A stretch of 248,000 bases of DNA from Wallemia ichthyophaga EXF-994. Lineage: Eukaryota > Fungi > Basidiomycota. Both the position numbers and the translations under genes were made by a program. The stretch lies in contig NW_008806281.1 of NCBI RefSeq assembly GCF_000400465.1, forward strand, positions 20,001 to 268,000, read 5' to 3'. Shown piece by piece: positions 180,342 through 194,270 of this stretch. Under the pieces are notes generated by a model that was not told the origin of the DNA, did not search any database, and saw only the letters and a list, made by a program, of their open reading frames with translations. Positions within the stretch are counted from its first letter, which is position 1, and each line of letters begins with the position of its first letter.

Positions 180342-182077
180342 ATGAACGATCCGCTTACATCCAAATTCAATTACGAGGAAGACTTTAAATACGATAACAG
180401 CAACGACGACTCGGAGGAATTCGTTTATGAAAATGCAGATGCAGATAATCTCGTTGAGCCCACCAGAGAAGTCAGCGAGCAACTCGAGAACACATTGCAG
180501 CTCAATACAGGCAAGGAGAAAGACAAAGAAAACTCGCAAGATGTCAGTGATGAGTATTTATCACGTCTATTCAAAGCAGCTTCCTCCGGCGATCTAGATA
180601 CTCTCGAATTTCTCCAACCCTCATTCGCGCATTCAAATGAGACTAATAAAAGAAGCGGAATCACTCCTCTTCATGCTGCTTCTAGTAATGGACACTTGGA
180701 TGTCGTCAAGTACCTCATTCAAGACGCTGGTGCGATGCTCGAGTTGGAAGACAGGGAAGGTGAAACCGCGCTGTTGAGAGCCTCTCACAAACCAGCCAAC
180801 CTTCCGACTGTCGCTTATCTTCTTGGTGCTGGCGCCAATGTCGCACACGTTGACAGCGACGGTTGGAATGCCCTACATAACGCCTCTGCTAATGGATCTG
180901 AAGATGCCGTCAGAATTATACTTAACAACGCTGACAAGGATATCATTGATAGCGTCGGCGGTATGCAAGGTGGTCCTGGATATACTCCTCTAATGAATGC
181001 AGCAAGCAGAGGTCATCTCCACGTTGTCATTTTCCTTCTCACTGAGGCGAGCGCACCTGCAGATCCTTTCATTCGCAACAAATCTGGTGCTACTGCCTAC
181101 TCACTAGCAGCTGAGAGCTTGAATTTTGATATCTGCGAGGTGAGTGTGTTTCAATACCCTACACAATACCAACATTGTCCCAGTTCATTCTCGAGTCTGA
181201 GAAGGGGCTCGTAAAGGATCCTGCTTCTTATAACCCTCTCAAATACCATCAGTCAGCACCTATCGCCATCCTCGAAAACCAGCGCTTGGATTGTCGTATG
181301 TCAACGCTGGCGAAAACAGGCGGTATTCCGCGTTGGTCCAACTCGGGCTTAGGACAGGGCGGTAGAAGACCTAAGTGGGAGCTACTAGATGGTCGTCCAA
181401 TAGATGCTACAGATCCTTTCAACGATGTACAGATACCTTCAATCGGCAAACCGTTCACACTCAACCTGACAACGGTATCAGGAAAGCCATCAAGCAATCG
181501 TGGCGCGTATCACTGGACTACTGATGACTGGCTAGTATGGAGATCAGCCGGTAAAGAAGATGGCGAGGGATGGATGTATGCACACGACTTTAGTGCTAAT
181601 GGCCTTCAATGGAAGGGGAACAAAAACAAGGAAATCGAGAATCTCGAAAAGGGTACCGGATTAAGCTCTATCAAGGCTACACAGATGTTTGGTGGTAGAT
181701 CCGGTAAGAGTGGTAGCAAGACAACATCCTCAGACAATGTAGACAAGAACTACTGGGTGAGGAGGCGAAGATGGGTGCGAGTGCTTCAAAGAGATCCAAG
181801 TAGGCTTTCATATATTTTTACAATACTTTCTAACCAGCATACAGCCTTGACACTTGCATACACAACCCCGGAACTCAAAACACCAAAGGCAAGACCAAGT
181901 GGAATGGCCGATGTAGCATTGAAGGATATACCACCAGCACACAGCAACACAAACGACAGTAAAAGCAAACTTAGTGCTAAAAGCACTCCGTTCAATCCAG
182001 CCAATGCAATGAGTATGTCTACACCCTCACTGCCAGCAGCGACGACCAACTTCAGCGCACGATTCCCCAAGGCATGA
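180342..182077 (+). CDS. ankyrin-repeat protein with DysF-like C-terminus
   Basis: TPLHAASSNGHLDVV; GWMYAHDF, WVRRRRWVRV. Confidence 0.8.
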
Positions 182078-182186
182078 TAGCAAGGCTTGAAAGCGAATGA
182101 GAGTAAACCGTAGGCATTGAATTGTAAATACCTAGAATGATTAAATAGCACTCGTTATCTACGCACTTCCATCATCTCGTCATAGA

Positions 182187-184608
182187 ATGCTGCAAAATCA
182201 ACAGCGCAAACGGCCGCACTACAATGAGGAGGATATAAAAGCGCAGTTGTCGCAGGTACATTTGATAGAATTCGATAGCTCGAATGTGCAGGACGAGTCG
182301 CTCGAGCAACTTGGTCCAATACTAAAGAATATCAACGAATCGCAGCAGGAGAGAGACTATGTGAAGGCATTAGATGCTTTCATAGCAGAGAAGGACAAGG
182401 AGATTGAGGAGCAGTGCAAATACAATTATCAGGTGAGTTGTACAGCAGCGGCACTGAGAAGCACGGCTGATCAAATGTTTGAAGGACTTTGTAGGATCAG
182501 TGAAGACGCTTCTTGGAGTGCGCAAGAGCACAATGCAGCTTAAGCAGAAGATCGTCCAGGTAAATGATGACATGCAGTCTGCAGGAAGATCTCTAGTCAT
182601 GAAGGTGTGTATTACAACACATACATCATAATGCACATCTAATATTCCTTACAGAAGAAGGAATTACTTGAAATAAACAGAACAAACGGTAATATCGACC
182701 AAGCTACAGAAATGATGCGCGCATTTCAGCATGTACTCGAAATGATGAAAAGAGTTGATGAGCTGATAGAGAGTAGGAAATACTACGCAGCTTTACGCTC
182801 TCTTGACGATCTCGCTATTCACCATCTTCCACCATTAGCGAATTACACACTCGGTGCTCACCTATTAGATGGTATTCCAGCAATGCGTCGTACAGTCTGC
182901 GATAGTGCATCATTCGAGTTGAAAGACTGGCTGCTCGGTATCAGGAACATTCAGCGCATAGTCGGTGCTTTAGCTCTATCCAACACGAATGAAAGACAGC
183001 AGCGATGGCGCAGCAAAAAGCAATCAGATCCCCTATTAGTCAACAGCGGTATTAACTCCCCATTAGAACTGGTCATGAATCAAGATAATTTCGATCCACT
183101 AAATAACAACGACGTTAGTATCGACTTCAAGCCGCTACTGCACTGTATACACATCTACGACGCACTGGCAGCTAGACAAGACTTAAGGAAAGCGTATCAG
183201 GAGGACAGAAAGTCGCAAGCTGATTTGATTTTGTCAACAAGAAGTGATCACGATTTCTCGCATTCGTTGCAGCATCTCCTACAGGACGTTGTCGGATTCT
183301 TTATCGTCGAGAGGTATGTACTCAGTCTGACTAGTGGCTTCAGGAGCGAGAGTAATGTCGATGATCTGTGGGATCTCATATGCTCTGGTATATCTAGCGT
183401 AGTTAGGGATGGTCTGCGCACATCACAGTCGCATGTGACAGTCAAAGAAAATGTAATGACGTTTATTTGGACGCTCGAAAGCTACGATTTTGACGTACAG
183501 CAATTGAACACGCTACTTCACGCATTGTTCGAAGAATATACCACATTACTTCATGATAACTACTCAAAAGAGCTAAGGAGCGTATTTGAAGGCAGTGATC
183601 AGCAAGCTCTTGTGGTCCAGTCTTCTGAGGATCTCGAAAGTATACTTAGTATTTGCTGGGTTGACAACTCTTCAGTCTCAGCCGTATATTCTCAGAAACC
183701 ACCTATTCATTTACCCTTTTCAAGCATATACCCAGATTCATGCAGATTATTGCGACAATTTATCGAAGATTTTTACAAATACACGGATGGATACGCTCAA
183801 GTGGATACTAACAGTCTAATCGTGGATGGCTTAGACAGTGTGATGAGAGATGGAGTAGTCAAAGCGCTAAGCGTGATTGCCGAGGGTGTCTTTAATCTCT
183901 CACAAGCGGTCCAGTTGGCTGTAGATGTCAGTTATTTCGAGTTTGCAGCTGGAGAGCTAATCAAGTGGTTGAGTGCTCTGTTTGGAGGTGTACACGACAC
184001 ATCCCGTTCGTCTCACCAGCTGAATTGTATCAAAGACGTTAAGAAGCTGTCAAAGCAAACTTTGACGCGTATAAGTGCTCTTATTGGCGACAAACTCGAC
184101 TCATTATTCGAGATGGCAGAGGTTGAATGGACCCCAGACTCTTCTACGGCACTCAAGAGTGACGTAAATCCGAGCGAGTATTTAAGGGAAATGACAGATT
184201 ACCTCTCTTTTATCAGCTCATCGGTGCTGACTAATTTGCCTACTAGTCTGCGCGACCAGGCTTATGCGAATGCTGTGCAACATATTGCTGAAGGTATACT
184301 TGATTTGTTGGTCGGTAGCGAAGTGCAAGTGATTAATGAAAAGGGACTAGATAACGTCAGAATCGACGTCAATTTCCTCATGACACAGTGTATTAGCGAC
184401 CAAAAACCACCAACGCTTACTGAACTGGATCAGATACTGAATTTGGTAAAGCTGAATCACATACAGGCATTCTTTGATAGTTCGACGTGAGTGCTAGATT
184501 GACAATGTTCAATTTATCTAACCAACACTTAAGATTCAGGAGAACTAAATATGGTAATGTGACGCCCAAGGTGAGTTACGACTTATCTAGACTCTTTAAA
184601 CTTAGCAG
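182187..184608 (+). CDS. SEC15: exocyst subunit Sec15
   Basis: LEQLGPILK, KYYAALRSLDDL, LHCIHIY. Confidence 0.88.
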
Positions 184609-184739
184609 AGAACAGAACTTATTGGCGGTGTTGGACAAGCTGAGCAAAAGTCATTTAACTAGATTGTGAATTTGTCTATATTTTTGTAATTTCGTCACTG
184701 TCTGTCTAATCGACTATTGTTATCATCATCACCATCATC

Positions 184740-185555
184740 ATGGACGGAGATCAAAATCAGCGGAAAATATCAGTTTTCAAACCATACGAGAAGACGAGTT
184801 GTATGTGGATGCTGAAATTCGCGACTTGTATTTACACGATATAGCCACGCAGGAATACCCAGAATCGTACTTTGAGCCTACGTCGAGCGAGCTTGCAAAA
184901 GCACACACAGCGACATCGAAGCGATTAGAGAGTGAATATGAGGGCCCATTAAAGACGCGAGTGATGAGGGAGAGAGAGGAGAAGCAGCGCAAGGCTAGAT
185001 GGCCGACAGTAAGTGAAGTGTTATGACGTACGTTTGTACGACACTGACACTGCCAACTCCCCATACAGACGAATATACGCGTGAAGTTTGCAGATAGAAG
185101 TATCATACAGTCAGCATTCAGCAGTACTGAGGTTATAGCGCGGGTTTATGACTTTGTGAAAGATACGCTGGACGATAAGTACACAAACGAGGAATTTGTT
185201 CTGTGTGAGTGTTGGTGGTGCATGGAGTGTATTGTACACACAAAGCTCACAATACACAGACCAAAGTCCACCGAGGATTGAATTCAAACCAAACGAAAGC
185301 AAACGCCTTATTGACTTGGGGCTAGCCCCGTCATCGGTGCTCATGATAAAGTTCAAGACAGACAGCCTCAATGCTTCGACATCGAAAGCTCCTCTGAAAG
185401 GTAGTCTCACTGCGAGTGCTCACTCGCTGCCTACGCCTCCGAGCTTCGAGTCGGAACAGAGGACGGAGAAGAACACAGTAGAGAAGCCAGTTCCGAGTGG
185501 AGAGAAGAAGGAGAAAAAGATACCAAAGTGGCTGCTGAAAGGACTAAAAAAGTAG
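184740..185555 (+). CDS. UBX-domain (TUG/ASPL-like) protein
   Basis: PESYFEPT..EL, IRVKFAD, LGLAPSS, PKWL. Confidence 0.8.
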
Positions 185556-185813
185556 ATTATGTACGAAGTTATGTCATTGGTTAGATAGCGCTATAGTTGA
185601 GAATCGCGTGTGATCAGGGGTATATCTTGTGCGACAATTACCTATACTATACCTCATTTATTTGTCTTCAAAGTTCCTTGGCTCGCGTTCGCGCCGCTGC
185701 TAAAAGCGCGAAATGAGATATGAATATGCACTAAAATAACCCAAAAACCGGCAGATCCGACTTGAACACTAACCAACAACTCAAATCTATCCAACTTTAC
185801 TCAACTTAACCAA

Positions 185814-186945
185814 ATGGTTGGAAAACTTTCCCTACTCTCTCTTGCAGCAGTGGCTGGTGTAGCATCGGCGCAATCGATCGACTATCCCGGAGTGGTCTCG
185901 TCGAATGAAAACGGACCTACAAACCCAGACGAACCGGAACTGGGCACTGACACGCCGGACGACTCGACAGCGCGACTGCTCACAGTGAACAACATTGATG
186001 TGAGTAATGATAAATGAGGCACGCGCGCCCGCACTTACACCCAAATCAGGATTTCTGTATATTCGGACCAAAGGAAGCCGACAAAACGATTGGCGACACG
186101 GAATCTGAGCAGGTAGCTTGGTGCACGCAACCGCGCAACAACGCGCGCCTGATTCCCGAAGATACTTTCACGGGTGCGTAGGATTATAAGTGCAGGAGTG
186201 CGCGCATCGAGACAGTCGCTCACAACACCGCACAGGCCTGCACTTCGTCAAGACACCCTACTACATCCAGCTGCAAGGGTGGGGAGATCTGACCAAGATC
186301 GGGGTGAAGGACGGCGACTACGGCGGCGAGCTCGACCCACACGGTGCCGAAGGAAATGGGAACCCTGTCGGTGGGAATGTCACATCTAACATAACTGGTG
186401 ATGCGGTATTCTACGAGGAGTGGATGGAATTCATTTCGTATGAGCAATTCTGTCTGCGTGTATGTACGGCAGCGGACGATATGTGGGATGCGTCAACTAT
186501 GTGCGAGCACAAGCTGGACGAGATGGGCTGTGGGTTCATCATGCCTGGTGATTATGCGGGCAAGCAGGATGAATTTATTTCGTGCGATGCAGACGCAGCT
186601 TTCCCCCCAGGTGTTTATCCAGATGGAGACGGCTACAGCACTTTCAACCAGCGCTACACGGGTACTATCACCTCTAACACTTATGAGGTATACACCGTAG
186701 GCGATACAGCTACCCCGTCGGCACCGTACAGCACACCTTCTAGCTCCAACTGTGCCACCCAGTCCAGTCTGCATATGTACGTGCACACAGAGAGCGAAAG
186801 CGACGGCCCGCAATCAACCTCCGACGACAGCGGCAACAGTAGCACACAGGCAGAGAACGGTGATAGCGGTGCACGTAACATGGCTCTCGGCGCCATCGCT
186901 ACTGTCTCCATTGGGCTCATTAGTGCATTCGCTGTCTTGTCTTAA
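185814..186945 (+). CDS. secreted/GPI-anchored Cys-rich surface glycoprotein
   Basis: Signal peptide, DYIQL.G.GD, EWMEFISY, hydrophobic C-tail. Confidence 0.8.
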
Positions 186946-187111
186946 TTACACTCTTTAATGTATTTATTGTATAATTGTATGGTGAAAATGAATGAATAGT
187001 ACAAGTGTGTTGATTTTTAAACATGCTAATTTGATATCCTGAACAATGCAAACTACAACTACACTTCTGCATCTACAGCAGTCTCCTCAGGAACCGATTT
187101 TGACTGCACTA

Positions 187112-189869
187112 CTAGTACCTGCGGACAGCCCATTTCGTTCCTCTTGTTTGAACAGCCGAGGTCGAGTGAAACAGATTGTGCGACGGAGCCTGTGTAGTGT
187201 ATGAGATAATAGCATCAAGTAAAGAGCTCAACCCACCTAAAACCCTACCAATATCACTAATCTCGCCTCTTTCCTCTGTGCTTATATCATATGCGTTCCC
187301 CCTCAGCAGTTCCTCCGCCTGGGACCGAAAGAGCGATGTGCGCTGCTGGTCGAGTTTCGCGCGCCCGACGACGACCATATCCTCTGAATGAGGATCAGGC
187401 AGTGCCGAGTGAAGCGAGTCTAGTAGGGTAGTGAGGATGCTTTCCGCGTCGACCTTTATATCGATACGGTGAGGAGTGCCATCGGGAGGAGTGTCGGGCA
187501 CATCATTCTGAGCAGAAGCGGTTGCGCCTTCACCACCACCCTCGTCATCACCAAGCCCGCCCGCACCCACATCGTGCGACGCGCGTCTGTGGAACATATG
187601 ACTCAGACCTCTGCTCTCCTGTATACCAGGTGCGACCATAGTGATCTGACCATGAAGCGTGTTATCGTCGTGTTTTTGTGGCAGCCCCATTCCCGGAGAA
187701 ACCATTTGAGTGAGCTCAGCCTCCTGTGCCAATTTGCTCTCGTGCGTTTCCGATTGAATGGTCAAGTTGAGTATGACGACATCGACAGATTGGATCCGTC
187801 GCACTATCTCTCGCGCACAATCATCATCTTTGCCACCGAAAAAGATGAGAAGGACTTTAGGACGTCTGGGAGATTTCTTCGCATGGCTGCTAGCATGTCG
187901 CAGTATATCGAGGGGTTGCACTATCACGCCCATCTCCGCTATGTATTGTGACTCTTTCAGTAACGCACCAGCGAAAGAGCGCGGCTTGTTGATGTCATTC
188001 GCAATTGTCGTCGCTGCAGTTCCGAAAGCCCCGCTGGATGGTATCCACGGCGTTATGACTATGCCTGAGGTGGAGATGGATTGCATGTACTCGAGCGTCA
188101 CGCGCACATGATCGACACGCTCAACTAGTAAAGATGTGGACTTGTGGTGAGTGTTGACTAAGCCGGATAGCTTCTCGAATGAGGTTAGCGCATTAACTAG
188201 TTCCAGACCCTCACTGTTTATGTTCATGTGCGAGTGTCCAAGGTACTCGGCTGCAGTGGCACGTGCTATGTATGCACGTGAAGTTATGTCGATTGCATGC
188301 AAATGAAGATTGACTACGTTGAAGCCGGGCGTCGATGACGACAGGAGCGAAAGAAACTTGAGGGTAGGGGTTAAAGGAGGAGCCATGGTATTAAAGACAA
188401 TAAGAACGCTCTTGGAGGCTGACGGAGATTCCTCTTGAGTAATACCCCCCTCATTCTTTTCAATGTCCTTCTCGTCGACGGGGTGTGCGTGGAGATCGAT
188501 TCTGTTGAGATAGACCCAGTCTGCGAGCGGACGTACGGTGAGAGTGGTAAGAATAAAGACCATGACAAGCTGTGCGTAGACTAGTTCGGAAATAACACCA
188601 AGCTCTAAACCGACAGAGAGAATAACGAGCTCTATAACACCCTTGGATTGCATCAAGAAAGCTACACACATGGCTTGGCGCCACGGGAGACCGACTAAAA
188701 GACAGCTAACGGCGGTGCAGCCACCCTTGCTAATAAAGGTGGCTGCAAGGAGGAGGAAGATAAGACCCCAAATCTTACCGCTATCGAGAAGGATAAAGTT
188801 GGTGTTAAGACCGCTGGATACGAAATAGAGAGGGAGAAGGAAAATCATGATCGGAGTTTCGATTCTTTCAGTCATCTTCTCTGGGAAATCATGCTCGTGG
188901 GGACAGCAAGCGCCAAAAGCGAAAGCACCGACCATAGGGTGCAAGCCTAGGATGTCAGTAAACCAAGAGCTGATAAGGGCGCCAACTATAGTAAGAGTAG
189001 CGATACCAGTAGTCAGTTTGTACTCGTTTCTGCGATAGAAGTAGCTGATAATGTGACGAGTGACAAACCACATGAAGATGACTTCGCCAATCAAGCAGAG
189101 AAGCTCCCATAGGGCGTTGATCTGATCACCGCCAGAGGACACGGCAGTGGAGATAGCGAGAAGAATGTAGCCCATGGCGTCATTGCAGACACCTGCAGCT
189201 ATAGCGATTGCACCGAGTTTAGTGGAAATGATGTTGAGTTCAACGAGAATGCGAGAGAGAATAGAGAGAGCGGTAACAGCCATTGAAGTTGCGATGAAGA
189301 GGAAAAAGCCGATAAAGTTGATGGAAGGGTCAGCGAATTCTTGGTACATGAGTACAGACACGCCAACAGATACGCCGAAAGGAACTAGGAGACCTGGGAT
189401 AGTGGTAACCATAGTTTCCTTCCACAAACGTTTCATCAAATCGATATCAGTCTCTAGGCCGACAAGAAAGAGGAAAAGGGCGAGACCGACGTTGCTGGTG
189501 AGGGCTGGAGGGGGTTATTAAGGGGAAATGAAGTATAAAGGATCCTACTAACACAACAAAGCCTTGTGTTCGTCGCTGAATATTGTCTGGGTGAAACCGG
189601 GTATTGCGCCAAAGGCCTGGGGAGAGTGAGCGACTAAGGATGGGAGATTGCAGCAAAAAGATACACACTGTTGGACCTAGTAAAATACCCGCGATAATCT
189701 CACCGACGACTGGTGGCTGCTTGATGAATTTTAACCCGAATGATAAGATTCGGCATAAGATGATGATGATGATAAGCTGGAGGAGGAAGACGGTAATGTT
189801 TTTTACAGGATTATTCTCGTCGTTAAGTGGATTTTGCTTTGCCAGGATGCCGTATAGGGACGACATGAT
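187112..189869 (-). CDS. KHA1: CPA2 K+/H+ antiporter
   Basis: KQPPVVGEIIAGILLGPT, LFLVGLETD, LPLYFVSSGL, MQSKGVIEL. Confidence 0.88.
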
Positions 189870-189973
189870 GGCTGTTGGGGGACAAGGGTTGTGACAGCCA
189901 AGAGACGCAGCTTCAGGGGTATTTGACAAGTATGACAATTATTAATTAAAATCAATTTACAAGATTGAATTCA

Positions 189974-190800
189974 TCAGGTCATTGCGGATTGAGCATCCAA
190001 TTGAGCCTGCAATCTAGTCTTCCTTCTGTCGTCTTCTTCCTTGTTTTCCCTTTCAATGGCTTCTACAATCTGCTCAACCTGGGCAGATTCCAGCTGCGTG
190101 CTCTTCTCGCCCTTCTTGAGAATTGATATGTCAATGTTCTTAGCCCCAGTTTGCACGACTTGGAGGAGTGATTTGATAGTGAGCTTGATAGCGTCATCGT
190201 CGCTGAGATCATCCTTGTAGTTCTTCTCTAAGAATTCCCTGACAGTCTTTGATGATCTACCGATGCTGTTTGCTTTCCATGCAGTATAAATCCCAGAAGG
190301 CTCAGTCAGGTATAATTTTGGAGTATTTTCGTAAGGATCGAACCCAGAAAGCAAGCAGCTAATACCAAACGGTCTAACACCACCAGATTGAGTATATTTT
190401 TGTTGAATTTGAGCTATGTGGCGGGTTATATACTCCACTGTAACAGCGTCCTCTACGGTGAGTCGGTGTGACTGGCATTCGAGCCTAGCTTTATCAACCA
190501 ACACTCTAGCATCAGCTGTAAGTCCTGCAAATGCCAATGAAATGTGGTCATCCAATCCAACAACCTTCTTCAACGATCTCGCGTCTTGAAGCTGTAAAAC
190601 TGACTTCTTCTCGACAGCAAGAATAACGCAGTCTTTACCAACTAAACCAACTGCGCATGTTCCCTTTCTCACCGCCTCCAACGCGTATTCCACCTGGGAC
190701 ACATACGTAAGCCACGAATAACACAGCGCACACAACAAACCTGGAATAAGTGACCGTCTGGTGAGAATACCGTGAGTGCTCTATCATATGATCTGGACAT
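189974..190800 (-). CDS. PRE6: proteasome alpha-4
   Basis: [27 protein letters not shown]. Confidence 0.96.
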
Positions 190801-190864
190801 TTTCTCTTATTTGCGTGATGGTGAAAGATAGAAGCTGGCTCAATGGGTCTGGCTCAATCGAAAC

Positions 190865-191960
190865 ATGTCAAATCAGGATATTTTAAAAAGTTTAAATTAC
190901 CTCGACAATTTAGATAATTTAGATATAAAGCTATCGAAATTAAATTTAAAATCTTCAACACACTCCCATTTACTCAGTCAGGTGAGGTGTTATCGAGATG
191001 AGCTAGGGAGGTATAAGGAGAGAGTAGATAGCAATTATGACGACATAAGTGTTATCAATGGAAGTATTCAAGCTATCAACACGCAACTCACACGAGCCAT
191101 CGAGCATAACACTCAATTTACCAGCTCAGTCCGTCAATTACTCAATTCCACACACACACTCCAATCCAAGTTGCAATCCACAGAGCAATTCCTCGAAACC
191201 TTCACTCTCCCTCCCCAAGCAGTCCTCTTGCTCAGTTCGAAAGACTACAACATGGATTACCCACTCCTCGACGCGCTAACGCGTCTGAACGACATCCGCC
191301 ACAAAGCCCAATTGCTACACACGCCCACTGGCGACCAATCCACGGCAGCTCTCGACATTCTCCACACATCCTCACCGCTATGTGAAACCGCGTATGTGAA
191401 AATTTGCAAGTATCTCAAACACCAATTCGACATGCACTATGCCAAGAGGGGCGGAGGGGAGGTCATTGTGGAAGGGCTGCACGTTGCGTGTCTGGAGCAC
191501 CTAGCCCAACGTGATGATCTCTACCATGAGGTGCTAGTACATCTGGCCAAACTCCGCAGAATGCTTCTACAATCACAATTCCTTACTGCCCTCGCAAACT
191601 TGGAAAGCAATGAGGATATCATCACCCATCCCGTTCGCTTCGCGGGCGAGTTGCTCGCGTGGCTCCACCAGCATGCGGCTGATGAGAAGGAGTTGATGAG
191701 CGACCTCCTCGCAAAGAAACCCGTCGAGGAAACTCTCTCTAGCGCTCTGTTGGATGTATCGCGGAGGATTAGGGTGGGTTTGCGCACTATACTCAACACG
191801 CTTCGCTAACTCACTCCCCGTCTCTCAGCTTCACCTAACACACGCACTCAGCTTCACTCACCGCTCGGAACAACTCACTGACCTTATTGGCTTCTATAAA
191901 GACACACTCACACAAAGCATACCTGTAGCTAGCATAACCGATCTATTTGCCTATCTTTGA
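190865..191960 (+). CDS. COG6: short COG6-like protein
   Basis: FLETFTL, PVRFAGELLAWLHQ..A.EKE. Confidence 0.7.
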
Positions 191961-192022
191961 CATGTCCATGTGTGTGTGTGTCTATATGAATGTATAACTA
192001 ATACTTTTAAACTCAAAACACC

Positions 192023-194221
192023 CTAAGCAGCCGCAATGGATCTCTTCACCCAACCTTCGAGACCACCCGCTGTCCAAATATCCTGCACGGCGGTACCAAC
192101 TCTAGGAGCTATGTAAGATTTGACGACGTTGCGGTCCGCGTCGACGACCTCAATGAGTCCATCAGCGGTAGAAACACGGACATTCCACCCAGTATGCACC
192201 GTCTGTTCACCATTACGACCACCCATACCGCGTTGATTATCTGGAGTGAATTTGCTAGTCATATCCTCAATCAACTCGGGACACTCGACGACGATGAGGC
192301 CGTTATTGATGGCATTACGGCGGTACACATCACCGAAACTTCCGCCGAGAACGAGAGGGATACCGGCATTAAGCAGGGCTGTTGCGGCTTGTTCGCGTGA
192401 TGAGCCTGTACCAAAGTTGAAACCGGAGGCGAGGACGACGCCGGAGTGTGTGGACGTATTGTCATTAACCCTGCTACTCGACTCACGCTCATGCAGCTTC
192501 TTCACCACTCCCGCAAACGACACGTCGTAGTTCTCCATGACCACCTCGGCCTGTTTGGCAGCGGTGATATCGTCCTGGTATGTGTATTTGCCGGGATACA
192601 TCCCATCCGTGGTGAGGTTATCCTGAGGGGCGAAGAGAAGTGGGCCTTCGAACATGGCTGGGAAGCCTGGCAGGAGTGGTTCCTTTGGAATGTTTTGGTT
192701 AACGTTTTGTGTTGTGCTCTCCTCCTTCTCACCACCATTTTCAATACTCCATTCGGGTTTATTGCTCGTGCTGAGGTGGAGATTATCGTGGAGTCCAGTA
192801 CCGGTGATATGCCCATTGATAGCACTCGCCGCTACGACAGCAGGAGAAGCGAGGTAAGCGAGGGCATTAGGTGAGCCCATCCTGCCTTTATAGTTGCGGT
192901 TCGTAGCGCTAATACCGACCTCGCCATCTTCGAGCAACCCAACACCTAGGCCAATACAAGGGCCGCAACCAGCCGGAAGAGGGCGGGCACCGGCATCTAG
193001 CAGTGTCTGCCAATCACCGCTCATCTCGCTATCCTTCTGCACGACTGAGGATGCAGCAGCGATGTAGAATTGCACACCCTCCGCCACTTGTCGTCCACGC
193101 ACAACCGCCGCCGCAGCTGCTATATCAGACGCACGACTATTGGTGCAGCTCACCAAATACGCCTTGTCGATCTTGACAGAGCGCTCTTGTAACACAGGCA
193201 GCGGCGTCGATACTTTCACCGAGTTGGGGCCGGATACGTGCGGCACAAGCGTGTCGAGTTGGAGAGAGAGGTGGGCGGCGTATTGCGCGTCATCGTCAGC
193301 ACGCAGGACATTACCAGCCAACGCGCGGATCCTGTCGCTGTTGATGCGCGGGTGCGGGCTGCCGGGTTGGTGGCCAGCGGAGGGAGCGAGGGCGGAGAAC
193401 ACCCCAAGATCGAGCTTCTTCGCCTGTGCTTCGTACCAAGCAAGTGTATGCTCGTCGACGGGGAACACCCCAGCCAGTGCCCCCCATTCGGTGGTCATGT
193501 TCGCAATGGCGAGACGCTCGTCGATGGATAGCATGGATACACCGTCACCGACAAACTCAATGACGCTGTTGAGCACCTCGTCGTGGTTGAAAGTGCCGCA
193601 GAGCGCAACTATTACATCCTTTCCACTGACGCCCGGCTGCAGACTGCCCTTCAACTCTACTTTGACGACGGGAGGTACTTGCCACCAGGTGCGTTGGGTT
193701 GCCCAGATGGCAGCAGCGTCTGTGCGCACTATCGGTGTTCCCAGACAGCCTACACCGCCGTACATGTTAGAATGGCTATCACTGGCTACGACTAGCGACT
193801 GTGGCCACGCGTACCCCTCCTCGATGAGGATTTGGTGACCTATTCCCCTCCCGGCTGGATAGAAATCTACACCGTGTTTATTCGCAAAGGCCTCGATTTT
193901 AGCGTACTTTTCCAAGTTCTTGTCAGATTTGTTCTGTACATCGTGGTCTATAGTGAAAACGGGTTGTCGGGGATTCGAGAAGCTGGTGGCGCCGATAGCA
194001 GCGAATTTGGAAATGACGGGACCAGTGTTATCGTGTGTCATGATATGCTGTGGCTTGATCATGACGTAGTCACCAGATCTCACAGGCTTTGTAGGAGTGG
194101 TGTACTGGCTGACGATCTTCTCGACGAGGGATTGGCGTTGGAGGGGAGTGGGAGAAGTGGAAATGAGTCTGTGAGTGTGTTTCCCGTAATTAGTAAATCT
194201 TCTTCCAAATCCACCAATCAT
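192023..194221 (-). CDS. LYS4: homoaconitase
   Basis: MTHDNT, SDSHSNMYGG, CGPCIGLG, FGTGSSREQA. Confidence 0.97.
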   Translation of the reverse strand: MIGGFGRRFTNYGKHTHRLISTSPTPLQRQSLVEKIVSQYTTPTKPVRSGDYVMIKPQHIMTHDNTGPVISKFAAIGATSFSNPRQPVFTIDHDVQNKSDKNLEKYAKIEAFANKHGVDFYPAGRGIGHQILIEEGYAWPQSLVVASDSHSNMYGGVGCLGTPIVRTDAAAIWATQRTWWQVPPVVKVELKGSLQPGVSGKDVIVALCGTFNHDEVLNSVIEFVGDGVSMLSIDERLAIANMTTEWGALAGVFPVDEHTLAWYEAQAKKLDLGVFSALAPSAGHQPGSPHPRINSDRIRALAGNVLRADDDAQYAAHLSLQLDTLVPHVSGPNSVKVSTPLPVLQERSVKIDKAYLVSCTNSRASDIAAAAAVVRGRQVAEGVQFYIAAASSVVQKDSEMSGDWQTLLDAGARPLPAGCGPCIGLGVGLLEDGEVGISATNRNYKGRMGSPNALAYLASPAVVAASAINGHITGTGLHDNLHLSTSNKPEWSIENGGEKEESTTQNVNQNIPKEPLLPGFPAMFEGPLLFAPQDNLTTDGMYPGKYTYQDDITAAKQAEVVMENYDVSFAGVVKKLHERESSSRVNDNTSTHSGVVLASGFNFGTGSSREQAATALLNAGIPLVLGGSFGDVYRRNAINNGLIVVECPELIEDMTSKFTPDNQRGMGGRNGEQTVHTGWNVRVSTADGLIEVVDADRNVVKSYIAPRVGTAVQDIWTAGGLEGWVKRSIAAA

Positions 194222-194270
194222 TTCATTAATAATTCCTCAAGATGGTTGTTGATCCGCTACAACCAACAAA

